DNA of 64,000 nt, from contig NW_026250406.1 in NCBI RefSeq assembly GCF_024521635.1, positions 558,001 to 622,000 on the forward strand, written 5' to 3'. The notes under the pieces were generated by a model. It had not been told where the DNA came from, ran no database searches, and worked only from the letters and a program-made list of their open reading frames with translations. Position numbers and translations under genes: made by a program. Every line of letters starts with the position of its first letter. Within the stretch, counting starts at the first letter, position 1. This document shows, piece after piece, positions 63,937-64,000 of the stretch. The stretch is from Tricharina praecox. Its lineage: Eukaryota.

Positions 63937-64000
63937 GTTGTGTGTGTTCCTATGTTTCCTGCACGCCTTGTGCTCAGGCACTTGCGGAAGTGCGGGTACG

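Overview
Eukaryotic, filamentous-ascomycete-type genomic DNA, judged from short GT-AG introns with CTAAC/CTGAC branch sites; no operons, rRNA, tRNA or CRISPR are evident, and the taxon cannot be fixed from the sequence. Hand-spliced genes: an 80-aa hydrophobin-like protein with unusual Cys spacing (7825-8128 -), a 99-aa small hydrophilic fungal protein (29023-29468 -), a 544-aa 4CL-like acyl-CoA ligase ending in a PTS1 (43793-45615 -), and a 568-aa PL4 rhamnogalacturonan lyase whose intron 2 lacks an AG acceptor (48891-50753 +). There are also four uncharacterised ORFs. Two mobile elements are well delimited: a 5'-truncated LINE with poly(A) and a 14-bp TSD (38070-38778), and a ~950-bp TIR element flanked by TA (57725-58676). 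Much of the rest, especially 1-28.7 kb and 38-43 kb, consists of locally duplicated, decayed, often intron-bearing orphan modules. The largest is a ~5.5-kb array with higher-order structure (14.2-19.8 kb). I found no complete, clearly novel multi-gene system; the best leads are the atypical hydrophobin, the decayed module array, the non-canonical splice site and the TIR element.
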